Shown here piece after piece: positions 48,641-56,688 of a stretch of DNA of 64,000 bases (its first letter is position 1; each line of letters opens with the position of its first letter). The notes beneath the pieces are model-generated. The model ran no database searches. It worked only from the letters and a program-made list of their open reading frames with translations, and was not told where the DNA came from. The position numbers were made by a program, and so were the translations under genes. This DNA is from Candidatus Caccoplasma sp. (lineage in GTDB: Bacteria > Bacteroidota > Bacteroidia > Bacteroidales > G3-4614): positions 68,502-132,501 of the forward strand of contig JAZLBW010000002.1 of NCBI GenBank assembly GCA_045613905.1, in the 5' to 3' direction.

Positions 48641-49012
48641 TTAAGAGAATTTTCTAATCAAAGATTCTATTTTTTCTTCAAGGGCTATTCTGTCGAATGA
48701 GTAGGTACGGTCTAACTCCTGTACCATAAAAAGGAGGGTTTGTGCTTTAAGGAGCATTGCTCGATTTTGTTCAAAGCGGTGGTCTTCAACAATCATCTTT
48801 ACAAGGAGTTCGACCAATTGCCAATCGCCAACACGTTGCATAATATCGTCACACTCTGTATTCTCCAACCATATTGCCGATACATTCAACTCTCTGTAAT
48901 AGTCATCTGCCAACAGAGTTATATCTTCTCCCTCGTTTTTACATTGAAGGAGGTAGGCAAATTTCTTTGCCAACTCTATTATTTGCGCCAACAGATAATC
49001 TTTCTTTAGCAT
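48641..49012 (-). CDS. hypothetical protein
   Basis: 123-aa ORF, predicted helical and cytoplasmic. No family recognised. Confidence 0.5.
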   Translation of the reverse strand: MLKKDYLLAQIIELAKKFAYLLQCKNEGEDITLLADDYYRELNVSAIWLENTECDDIMQRVGDWQLVELLVKMIVEDHRFEQNRAMLLKAQTLLFMVQELDRTYSFDRIALEEKIESLIRKFS

Positions 49013-49031
49013 AGCTTTTTTTTGAATGAGA

Positions 49032-49097
49032 AATTAGAAATTAATTTCTAATTGCGACAAAGTCGCGTACTAATTGTGACGAAGTCACGAACTAATT
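49032..49097. repeat. TTAG-heptamer/hairpin element, copy H
   Basis: Perfect 22-bp palindrome AATTAGAAATT|AATTTCTAATT, then two 22-bp tandem units GCGACAAAGTCGC-GTACTAATT and GTGACGAAGTCAC-GAACTAATT. The mntP stop codon lies inside the last unit. Confidence 0.7.
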
Positions 49098-49664
49098 TGC
49101 CAAAACAGTGTGTTCCAACAATATTTTCAAACCTATAGATATAAGTATTACTCCTCCTATGAATGTTGCAACTCGGCTGTAACGTGTTCCAAAAAGTTTT
49201 CCGATATAACAACCTGCGACAGAAGCGATGAAGGTTATCGAGAATATTATTATGGTTGCCTCAATGAGTGCTATCTCAAGAAATGCAAACGACACTCCTA
49301 CCGCCAAAGCATCAATGCTTGTTGCTATTCCCATTTGAACAAGGGTTGAAAACTTTGTAGGATTAAAACAACACTCTTTCTCCTCTTGTTTTTCTGTAAC
49401 TGCATCAAAAATCATTTTTCCACCCAAAAAGAGGAGTAGTGCAAAGGCAATCCAGTGATCGACGGTTTGAATGATATTTACAAAGCCCACACCTAACAAC
49501 CAACCTAAAATTGGCATTACGGCTTGAAAGAACGATAGATAGAGTGCTATCTTGGCAACATGTGCAAACTTAAATGGTTTTAGTGCCACGCCCGACGATA
49601 GGGATACGGCAAACGAATCCATAGAGAGACCAAGTGCCAATACAAATAGTGCTAATATAGTCAT
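49092..49664 (-). CDS. mntP: manganese efflux pump MntP
   Basis: 190 aa with six TM segments and duplicated DSFAVS / DALAVG motifs (DUF204/MntP). Confidence 0.85.
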   Translation of the reverse strand: MTILALFVLALGLSMDSFAVSLSSGVALKPFKFAHVAKIALYLSFFQAVMPILGWLLGVGFVNIIQTVDHWIAFALLLFLGGKMIFDAVTEKQEEKECCFNPTKFSTLVQMGIATSIDALAVGVSFAFLEIALIEATIIIFSITFIASVAGCYIGKLFGTRYSRVATFIGGVILISIGLKILLEHTVLAN

Positions 49665-49674
49665 AGTTTTATTA

Positions 49675-49730
49675 AATTAGGAATTAGAAATTAGGAATTA
49701 GAAATTAGGAATTAGAAATTAGGAATTAGA
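49675..49730. repeat. tandem array (AATTAGG AATTAGA) x4, copy I
   Basis: Eight perfect heptamers (14-bp period x4) ending 10 bp upstream of the mntP start codon. Confidence 0.9.
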
Positions 49731-49747
49731 AATTTTGCGAATAAGTG

Positions 49748-49808
49748 CATTTTAAGGTAATTACAGAGTAATTAAAATTGACTAAATGTCAATTTGTGCC
49801 TTAAAATG
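49748..49808 (-). promoter_or_regulatory. candidate structured leader/operator of mntP (perfect three-way junction)
   Basis: P1 CATTTTAAGG/CCTTAAAATG (10 bp) encloses the hairpins AAATTGAC-5nt-GTCAATTT (8 bp) and TAATTAC-3nt-GTAATTA (7 bp). All 25 pairs are Watson-Crick. Lies between a -7 box and the mntP ATG. Confidence 0.45.
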
Positions 49809-49846
49809 GGGAGCACTGTGCTCTGTGCGACGGGGTCGAGCAGAGT

Positions 49847-49854
49847 CAAATTTA
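49847..49854 (-). promoter_or_regulatory. -7 promoter box TAAATTTG upstream of the mntP leader
   Basis: Exact TAnnTTTG match on the minus strand, about 185 nt upstream of the mntP ATG. Confidence 0.4.
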
Positions 49855-49910
49855 TTTGGACTATGCCGAGCGTGAGCAAAATCAACTAACGAATGTTTGT
49901 TAATTAAAAA

Positions 49911-51149
49911 TTATTTACTATTTAAAATTTTCATTATATCTGCAGGTGGTAACCCTTTCTTTAACTGTTCTGCCATGTAGAGCATATATGGTTTTGAATG
50001 ATTGAAAAATTTATGCAATCCTTTGCAAAGATAGTTTAATCCATCCTCTCCGTCAAAGGTTTTTGAAATTCTGTTCTTGGGACACTCTCCGTTACATAGG
50101 TGAAGAAACTCACACTCTCTGCATTGACGTGGCAAGGTATTGAATTTATCTGCTCCGAATTTCATCTGTTCACGAGACAACATCATTTCGGTTAATGTTT
50201 TGGTACGGATGTTACCCAATTTATATTCGGGAAAGACAAAGTGGTCGCAACTGAACAAATCTCCGTTATGCTCCATCACTGCCGCATGTCCGCACATCTT
50301 TGCATACACGCACACTCCCGGTTGCTCGCCTACCCACCCTGCAAGAGTTGAGTCAAAGAGTTGGACGAAATAGCAACCCACATCTTTTCGCACCCACTCA
50401 TCAAAGATGCTGCAGTAGAAGTTTCCGTAATCTTCGGGCGATACACACCATGGAGGCATCTCAACATTCCCGAACCTCTCCCCCGGGGGTAATAGTTCCA
50501 ATCCATCGGGACGGTCTCCCCATCGTTCAACTATGGGCGAAAACTGCATATATCTACTACCTATGCTTTTGAAAAAGTTGTAAACCTCAAGAGGGTATTT
50601 TGCGCTATAATCGTTTATAACCGAAAGGGTGTTGAACTCCACACCATGTTTTTGCAACAGCTCCACCCCTTTCATCACTCGCGAGAATGTTCCTCGTCCG
50701 CTCTTGTCTCGACGATAACGGTCGTGAACATGTTCGGGACCGTCTAACGATATGCCTGTAAGAAAGTTATTCTCTTTTAAAAAGCGACACCATTCATCGT
50801 TTAACAACACTCCGTTTGTCTGTATTGAGTTTGTTATTGTTCGTCCTCCCGCATACTGCTGTTGCAAACGCACCGCTTTACGAAAAAAGTCAAGACCACG
50901 CAAAAGAGTCTCACCTCCGTGCCATGTAAACAACACATATGGCGTTGGCTGACACTCAATATACTCCTTTATGTAACGCTCCAATATATCGTCACTCATC
51001 TTTGGCGATGCCCCTCGGTATAGCTCTCCCTTTTCGAGATAGTAACAGTAGTGGCAATCCAAATTGCACAACGCGCCTATTGGTTTTGCCATTACATATA
51101 TGGGATATGTCAGGGGATTGAATATTGCGGTAGCCTTTTTTTCGCTCAT
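49911..51149 (-). CDS. anaerobic sulfatase-maturating enzyme (radical SAM/SPASM)
   Basis: Radical-SAM cluster CNLDCHYCYY and a C-terminal Cys-rich SPASM region (CRECEFLHLCNGECPKNR). 412 aa. Confidence 0.85.
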   Translation of the reverse strand: MSEKKATAIFNPLTYPIYVMAKPIGALCNLDCHYCYYLEKGELYRGASPKMSDDILERYIKEYIECQPTPYVLFTWHGGETLLRGLDFFRKAVRLQQQYAGGRTITNSIQTNGVLLNDEWCRFLKENNFLTGISLDGPEHVHDRYRRDKSGRGTFSRVMKGVELLQKHGVEFNTLSVINDYSAKYPLEVYNFFKSIGSRYMQFSPIVERWGDRPDGLELLPPGERFGNVEMPPWCVSPEDYGNFYCSIFDEWVRKDVGCYFVQLFDSTLAGWVGEQPGVCVYAKMCGHAAVMEHNGDLFSCDHFVFPEYKLGNIRTKTLTEMMLSREQMKFGADKFNTLPRQCRECEFLHLCNGECPKNRISKTFDGEDGLNYLCKGLHKFFNHSKPYMLYMAEQLKKGLPPADIMKILNSK

Positions 51150-51176
51150 ATTGTCTATTGGTTATAATAGATAGTA

Positions 51177-51184
51177 CAAATATA
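51177..51184 (-). promoter_or_regulatory. -7 promoter box TATATTTG upstream of the anSME gene
   Basis: Exact TAnnTTTG match 28 bp upstream of ATG 51149. Confidence 0.4.
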
Positions 51185-51234
51185 CAACATCTGAAAAAAT
51201 TAAAGTATCTTCGCATTATAAATTTATCGCAATT

Positions 51235-52200
51235 ATGAAGAAGAGAGTACTTGTTACATACAATATGTTCAGGGCAGGATATGCCGAGTTGATAGAGAAG
51301 TTTGACGTTACTTTTCCTCCCGAAGGGAGAGAGTCGTTTACCTACGAAGAGGTGTTGAATATGATTGAGGATTATGAAGTGTTGCAATCGATGTTCAACT
51401 TCAAGGTTGACGAAACTCTTATTACAAAGGGAAAGAGATTGGAATTGATTTCGAACTATGCTGTTGGTTTCGATAATATTGATGTGGCTTGTGCCACACG
51501 CCATGGAATACAGGTTACGAATACTCCCCACTCTGTTACCGAGCCTACTGCCGACCAAGCCATGGGACTTATATATGCCGTAAGCCGTCGTATTGCAGAG
51601 ATGGATCGCAGAATAAGAATTAAGGGAAATGTTCATGTGGGATTGCTCGAAAACCTCGGACACTCTCTTTATGGCAAGACTCTCGGTATTATTGGCATGG
51701 GCAGAATTGGTTGCGCTCTTGCCCGTCGAGCTGTGGCTTGCGGAATGAAGATTGTTTACAACAAGCGCACACCCATGAGCCAAGAGGAAGAGGCTAAATA
51801 CGGTGCAGTTTATATGAGCAAAGAGGAAGTTTTAAAGTGTGCAGACATTGTTTCGCTTAATGCGCCTTATACTCCCGAAACATTCCATATTATTGGTGAA
51901 CGCGAATTTGATTTGATGAAACCCGAAGCTATTCTTATAAATACGGCTCGTGGACCTTTGGTTGACGAAAAGGCTTTGGTTACAGCTCTTAAAGAGGGAA
52001 AGATTTGGGGAGCGGGACTGGATGTTTTTGAGAACGGAGACTACCCATCGGACGAACTTGCCTCACTCGATAACGCAGTGCTTAACCCTCACCTTGGTAC
52101 TCAAACCGTCGAGACTCGCAACGAAATGGCTTATGTTGTTTCGCAAAACATCATAAACTTTTATGAGGGAGGAGAAGTGTTTAAGGTGAACCTTATATAA
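51235..52200 (+). CDS. D-isomer-specific 2-hydroxyacid dehydrogenase (glyoxylate/hydroxypyruvate reductase-like)
   Basis: NAD-binding motif GIIGMGRIG and catalytic-region motifs NTARG and DV. 321 aa. Confidence 0.85.
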   Translation: MKKRVLVTYNMFRAGYAELIEKFDVTFPPEGRESFTYEEVLNMIEDYEVLQSMFNFKVDETLITKGKRLELISNYAVGFDNIDVACATRHGIQVTNTPHSVTEPTADQAMGLIYAVSRRIAEMDRRIRIKGNVHVGLLENLGHSLYGKTLGIIGMGRIGCALARRAVACGMKIVYNKRTPMSQEEEAKYGAVYMSKEEVLKCADIVSLNAPYTPETFHIIGEREFDLMKPEAILINTARGPLVDEKALVTALKEGKIWGAGLDVFENGDYPSDELASLDNAVLNPHLGTQTVETRNEMAYVVSQNIINFYEGGEVFKVNLI

Positions 52201-52232
52201 GTTGTTAGTTGTTAGTTTTTTGTTGTTAGTTG
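52201..52232. repeat. TTAG-heptamer element, copy J (GTTGTTA subtype)
   Basis: GTTGTTA GTTGTTA GTTTTTT GTTGTTA GTTG starts at the base after the dehydrogenase stop and runs into the TTG start of the next ORF. Confidence 0.6.
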
Positions 52233-52937
52233 AGAGCAAACGATATAATAGGGCAATTGAAACGTGTTGCCTCGGAAGAGAAACGCAAAGTGCAACTACG
52301 CTTTTTTAAGACGGGCGTGGGAGAATATGGCTATGGCGACGAGTTTTTGGGCGTTATGGTGCCACAAGTTAGAGCCATAGTAAAAGAGGTGTGGAAAGAT
52401 ATTACTCTTGAAGATATTGAAACTCTGCTACACTCTCCATATCACGAAGCACGACTTACAGCTCTGCTTTTGTTGGTAAAGATTTATGAAGGGAAAGAGG
52501 CTTCAAACGATATAAAAGAGAAAGTTTTTGAGATTTACACCTCAAACGCCGACTATATAAATAATTGGGATTTGGTTGACCTATCTGCTCCCAATATTGT
52601 TGGCAACCACCTATTTGAGAGAGACTGCTCTTTGCTGTATGAGTTTGCACAAAGCGACCACCTTTGGAAAGAACGAATTGCTGTTGTTGCCACTCTCTAT
52701 TTTATTCGCAAGGGGGAGTTCTTGCACACATACGCTCTCGCTAAATTCTTTATGAGCACCAAGCACGACCTTATGAAAAAGGCTGTGGGTTGGATGTTAC
52801 GCGAAGCAGGCAAACGCGATGCCAATCAACTTCGCGACTTTTTGAATGAGCATAAACGTGTTATGCCTCGCACAATGCTCCGCTACGCTATTGAAAAGTT
52901 CTCAGAGGGAGAGAGAATGGAGTTTATGAAAAGATAG
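52230..52937 (+). CDS. DNA alkylation repair protein (AlkD-like HEAT-repeat family)
   Basis: 235 aa with motifs NNWDLVD and GWMLRE typical of the family. The TTG start is uncertain. Confidence 0.75.
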   Translation: MRANDIIGQLKRVASEEKRKVQLRFFKTGVGEYGYGDEFLGVMVPQVRAIVKEVWKDITLEDIETLLHSPYHEARLTALLLLVKIYEGKEASNDIKEKVFEIYTSNADYINNWDLVDLSAPNIVGNHLFERDCSLLYEFAQSDHLWKERIAVVATLYFIRKGEFLHTYALAKFFMSTKHDLMKKAVGWMLREAGKRDANQLRDFLNEHKRVMPRTMLRYAIEKFSEGERMEFMKR

Positions 52938-52988
52938 AGAAAGATAAATTCAAGTTTATCTTTTATCTTTTTTCCAATCAGAGAAAAT

Positions 52989-53019
52989 AGCCCCCAAAGT
53001 TTTTTTAACTTTGAGGGCT
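52989..53019 (-). terminator. terminator of the PEGA-BACON-FGE operon (bidirectional shape)
   Basis: 13-bp stem AGCCCCCAAAGTT / AACTTTGAGGGCT (1 mismatch) with a 5-nt loop. ATTTTCT follows on the minus strand. Confidence 0.65.
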
Positions 53020-53040
53020 TTGCTCTATATATCTTACATC

Positions 53041-54411
53041 CTATTTTAATGATAGATATAATCTTAAGCCAATATCAGCGTATGAAGTAGTGCTACTTGA
53101 TATATATGTATAACTGGAATATGAGGAATATAATTTACAGTAGGAAGAAGTAGAAAAATAGTCCCCTCCTGCAAAAAAATAATAATAAGAAGAAGAATAA
53201 GAATAATACCCTATATATTCCGATACATTTCCACTCATATCATAAAATCCAAGTTCATTGGGCAGCTTTTGTCTTACATCATGAAGCGCACTACTTGAGT
53301 TACTGCTACACCAAGCAACTTCATCAATATTATTACTGCCTGAATATGTATATCCCTTTGATTTATTACCTCCTTTTGCAGCATATATCCATTTTTCAAA
53401 CGAGGGATAACTAAAACTCAATCCTGTCAGTGTATTCAATTTTGATATAAAAGAGTCCATATTACTCACAGAAATTAATGAGACAGGACGCTTGGGATAT
53501 GATTTAGTCGTTCCCATTACTGCATTATATAGCTCGTTTGTAGTTTCGGTCTCTGCCAAGAGGAAATTTCCGGATGAATATACCACAGGAATCATTGCAA
53601 ACTCAACTCCATTTACTTTGAAAATCACGGAATTCATCCATCCATTGTGAGATGTTTCCGTGGGTATTGTCATATATCCACTCTCTCCCTTGTTAAATAT
53701 TGTTGTCGGCAATACTCTTGTATATGCCGAATTGGATGTTATGATATTTAGACGCGGTTGTGTCGCATCAGTAAACTCGCCATAGATATATGGTGTATAT
53801 CCATTTGACACAGTCAATGTTAACATAGTCGAAGATTCGGTATATTTTCCACTGTAAGAATCATATGACGAATAGGTTTTTATTCCGTAAATTTTTATCT
53901 TATCGTTATCGGTTCCTGCAAACCTGATTCTACCTGTTTTGGGAGTTAAATCTGCAGTAACAGATAGTACTCCGTCTTTAAAAACATACGAGCCTTCAGC
54001 ATCTTCATATATTGCTGTATTCTCTGTCAACTTTACAAAAGAATTAGTCGAATAATCAGAATTATCGAAATATACTGCAACACATTTAGTAGAGACATCT
54101 TTAGTTAATGCACCATAGTAGCTTACGCCCCACACTCCGTTGCTATAAACCGCCTCACCACAAGTGATTCCACCATCTACTGTAAAAGAGATGTATATTT
54201 TATCTCCCTCTTTCCAATCACTTTCAGTATCACTTTTTAGATTTTTATCATACTCTGTTTTTGTTATGTTCAACTCCAATTTACAAGTATGCTTCTCCCC
54301 TGCTCCCGATGTTAAATCGTTGAATGTATCTTCTTGTGGAGAACAAGAACAAAACATTGAAATACCAAGCGTTAACAGTAGTATTGATGTGATTTTGTTT
54401 AATTTTACCAT
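53041..54411 (-). CDS. lipoprotein with fimbrillin-like N-terminal region and C-terminal FGE/SUMF1 (C-type-lectin-fold) domain ending in a Tyr/Ser-rich tract
   Basis: Lipobox FCSC. FGE-family strings ETTNELYNAVMG and LGFYDMSGNVSEY, with the terminal IGLRL. The usual RGGSW/CRS positions are replaced by Y/S-rich sequence. Confidence 0.7.
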   Translation of the reverse strand: MVKLNKITSILLLTLGISMFCSCSPQEDTFNDLTSGAGEKHTCKLELNITKTEYDKNLKSDTESDWKEGDKIYISFTVDGGITCGEAVYSNGVWGVSYYGALTKDVSTKCVAVYFDNSDYSTNSFVKLTENTAIYEDAEGSYVFKDGVLSVTADLTPKTGRIRFAGTDNDKIKIYGIKTYSSYDSYSGKYTESSTMLTLTVSNGYTPYIYGEFTDATQPRLNIITSNSAYTRVLPTTIFNKGESGYMTIPTETSHNGWMNSVIFKVNGVEFAMIPVVYSSGNFLLAETETTNELYNAVMGTTKSYPKRPVSLISVSNMDSFISKLNTLTGLSFSYPSFEKWIYAAKGGNKSKGYTYSGSNNIDEVAWCSSNSSSALHDVRQKLPNELGFYDMSGNVSEYIGYYSYSSSYYYFFAGGDYFSTSSYCKLYSSYSSYTYISSSTTSYADIGLRLYLSLK

Positions 54412-54423
54412 ATTTGTATAGTT

Positions 54424-56685
54424 TTAAAATGAATTATCCCAATTTATGTCGTTATTAAATATTGTTTTAGAAAATGTTCCTTCTCTGTCTTTTGGATTAC
54501 TCCAATTTATGTCGGTACCATATCGGTTTATTGACACATTGCTGTTTGATTTATCGTTGTAATTCCAATCATTATCATTAGAATATCCTGTTACATTAAT
54601 TTTGGTTGTATCTCCCGACTTATTATCCCAATTTTGATCGAAAGAGTATCCTGTGATTGTTATTGTCAAATTTTCTCCTCCTGTACTATCCCAATTTCCA
54701 TCTTCAGGGAACTCTTCAATTATAAAGGAGTTTCCATCTCCTATCTGTTTTACCGCCAACTCCAACGAGAGAGAACCCTCTTGCAAATCGGTTAAAGTGA
54801 TTACGATTTTTCCCTCACGCATATCACTTAATGTATTCTTTGTTGCCGAAACTGTAAACGCATTGTCTGCTGTTTCATCTATTGTAAGCCACGACTCTGA
54901 TGTTTGTATGGTGTACTTTCCATCGGTATCCACCATTACAACATTAGAAGTTCCTCCTTTTGCCTGAAATTGAATTGAAGATGTCGATACAGAGATATAT
55001 CGAGGACTTTGAGATACCAATATTCTGACATCTTGAAAATATTCTGTTTTAATAACTACTGCTGTGGAACGACTATTCACAGATGGGTTATCTTCGACTG
55101 TCAAGATAATTTCTGCATTATCAGAACCCGATGTTTTTGATAATTTAAGCCACGATACTTCATGTTCTATCTCCGCAGACCAATCACCATTGGTTGAGAG
55201 ATTTATGATATGAGTTCCACCTTTTGAGCTGAACGAAAATGATTGATCGGCGATTGTTAAATATTTTGCCTGTTGATGAATATTTACCGATTTGGTTTCG
55301 TTGACAAATGAGTAATTGATTGCTCCTGTCCTCTCTTCTGCAGACTTGTTCTCCTCAACAGAGACGGTTATTGAGGCATTTCCTTTTCCTGATGTAGGGG
55401 TAGAGACAAACCAATTATCGGTATGATATGATGTCCAACTTGCATCTGAAAGGATATTAAAGCTCTTTTCTCCCGCTTTGTCAGAGAATTCAAGCAGTGC
55501 TGATTCTGATGTAAAGAACTTTCCTGATTGGGTAACTGTCACACTCCATTTTATAGAAAGTCCGGGTTGAGAGAATACTATTTTTCCTGTACGAGAGGTT
55601 GTATTTGGGTTTTCTGACGAGGTGACAATTATTTCACCATTGCCTGACCCTGACTCTTTTGAGAGGGTTATCCAATTGGGCTTTTCGATTACAGTCCATG
55701 AAGTGTTACTCTGAATTGAAAGGGGCTTTGATTCTGAAGATGATGAGAAGTCAATACTCTCTTCTGATGTTATATATATTCCTTTCTGAACCACCTCTAT
55801 TTGAAATCTTGATGATGTTCCTGTTTTTATTGAGACATATCCCGATCGAGACGATACTGAGGTATTTGCTGTAACTGATATTTCAACTTTTGTTTTTCCT
55901 GCGCCTCCTTCGTTTGGGTTCACACTAATCCAACTGCTATTTGATACTGTGGCGCTCCATGGTGCTTCTGAATCTATTTCAACCACATATTTTGAGGCAA
56001 CATTTTCGTAGTTCAATGTATAATCTGTTGTTGTAATGGTTGATGGTGATTGTGTCACACTTATGGAGGTACTTCTGCTTCCGTAAGATATGTAAATTAC
56101 ACTGCTACGATAGTTTTTTTGAGTATTGGCTGATACCGATACTGATAATTGTCCTTTATCTTGATCGGGCGAGAGTGTTATCCATGATGCATTACACGAA
56201 ACACTCCATTTACAATTTGAGGTAATTTTTACTTTCTGCTCTCCCGATGCTCCTCCGAATGAGATTGAACTTTGCTCTACACTAAGAGTCGGAGAGGCTT
56301 TTGCCTGCGACACAGTGATGGCTCTGCTGTATTTATTCCCAATCGGTATGGTCGATTTTAGGTAAAATATTGAGGTACGATTATTATCTGCATTATTATT
56401 TTCAGCAACGTTAAGCGTAACTGTTGTTGATGAATTACCACTCATTGGCGAAAGAGATAGCCAATCTGCAACTTCTGTGAATATCCATGGGGTTTCAATA
56501 CTCTCAACTGTAAAACTTTCTGTAAATGCAGAAGAGGAATTATAAGAGAAACTTGTTTCTGATGGTCGTAGATAATGCGCCGACAGCGATGGTGTAAAGT
56601 TTGAACTTGAATAATATTCATCTTCACACCCCGTAATGCATAGTACAAACAATGAAATTAATATGTTGAATATTAAATTCTTCAT
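54424..56685 (-). CDS. multi-BACON-domain surface lipoprotein
   Basis: Lipobox ITGC. At least 7 repeats of the BACON pattern (W[IL][ST]LS...G...V..NT....R.[AG].I.[IF]). C-terminal NWD-type short repeats. Confidence 0.8.
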   Translation of the reverse strand: MKNLIFNILISLFVLCITGCEDEYYSSSNFTPSLSAHYLRPSETSFSYNSSSAFTESFTVESIETPWIFTEVADWLSLSPMSGNSSTTVTLNVAENNNADNNRTSIFYLKSTIPIGNKYSRAITVSQAKASPTLSVEQSSISFGGASGEQKVKITSNCKWSVSCNASWITLSPDQDKGQLSVSVSANTQKNYRSSVIYISYGSRSTSISVTQSPSTITTTDYTLNYENVASKYVVEIDSEAPWSATVSNSSWISVNPNEGGAGKTKVEISVTANTSVSSRSGYVSIKTGTSSRFQIEVVQKGIYITSEESIDFSSSSESKPLSIQSNTSWTVIEKPNWITLSKESGSGNGEIIVTSSENPNTTSRTGKIVFSQPGLSIKWSVTVTQSGKFFTSESALLEFSDKAGEKSFNILSDASWTSYHTDNWFVSTPTSGKGNASITVSVEENKSAEERTGAINYSFVNETKSVNIHQQAKYLTIADQSFSFSSKGGTHIINLSTNGDWSAEIEHEVSWLKLSKTSGSDNAEIILTVEDNPSVNSRSTAVVIKTEYFQDVRILVSQSPRYISVSTSSIQFQAKGGTSNVVMVDTDGKYTIQTSESWLTIDETADNAFTVSATKNTLSDMREGKIVITLTDLQEGSLSLELAVKQIGDGNSFIIEEFPEDGNWDSTGGENLTITITGYSFDQNWDNKSGDTTKINVTGYSNDNDWNYNDKSNSNVSINRYGTDINWSNPKDREGTFSKTIFNNDINWDNSF

Positions 56686-56688
56686 TTT

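Noticed and set aside
49675-49730. Regularly spaced repeats considered as a possible CRISPR array
   Set aside because: The period is 7/14 bp with no unique spacers and no cas genes in the window. It is a simple tandem repeat.
49799-49880. Plus-strand string AAAATGGGGAGCAC...TTGGACTATG...GAGCAAAATC, which superficially resembles the yybP-ykoY Mn riboswitch cores (GGGGAGUAG, UUGACAUA, AGCAAGACC)
   Set aside because: It is on the wrong strand for mntP, with no plus-strand gene downstream. The P1 pairing expected between the 5' AAAGG and 3' CCUUU segments is absent. The minus strand contains no CTACTCCCC complement. Kept only as a check to run with cmscan.
50992-51783. 263-aa ORF on the minus strand spanning the anSME start and the dehydrogenase gene
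   Set aside because: It is antisense to the well-supported 2-hydroxyacid dehydrogenase (GIIGMGRIG) and overlaps the anSME 5' end. It has no recognisable domains.
49911-54411. anSME (radical SAM) and an FGE-family protein within 3 kb, considered as a sulfatase-maturation module
   Set aside because: No sulfatase gene is present in the window. The two genes are in different transcription units. The FGE-fold protein lacks the conserved catalytic-region residues and is a lipoprotein with a fimbrillin-like N-terminus.
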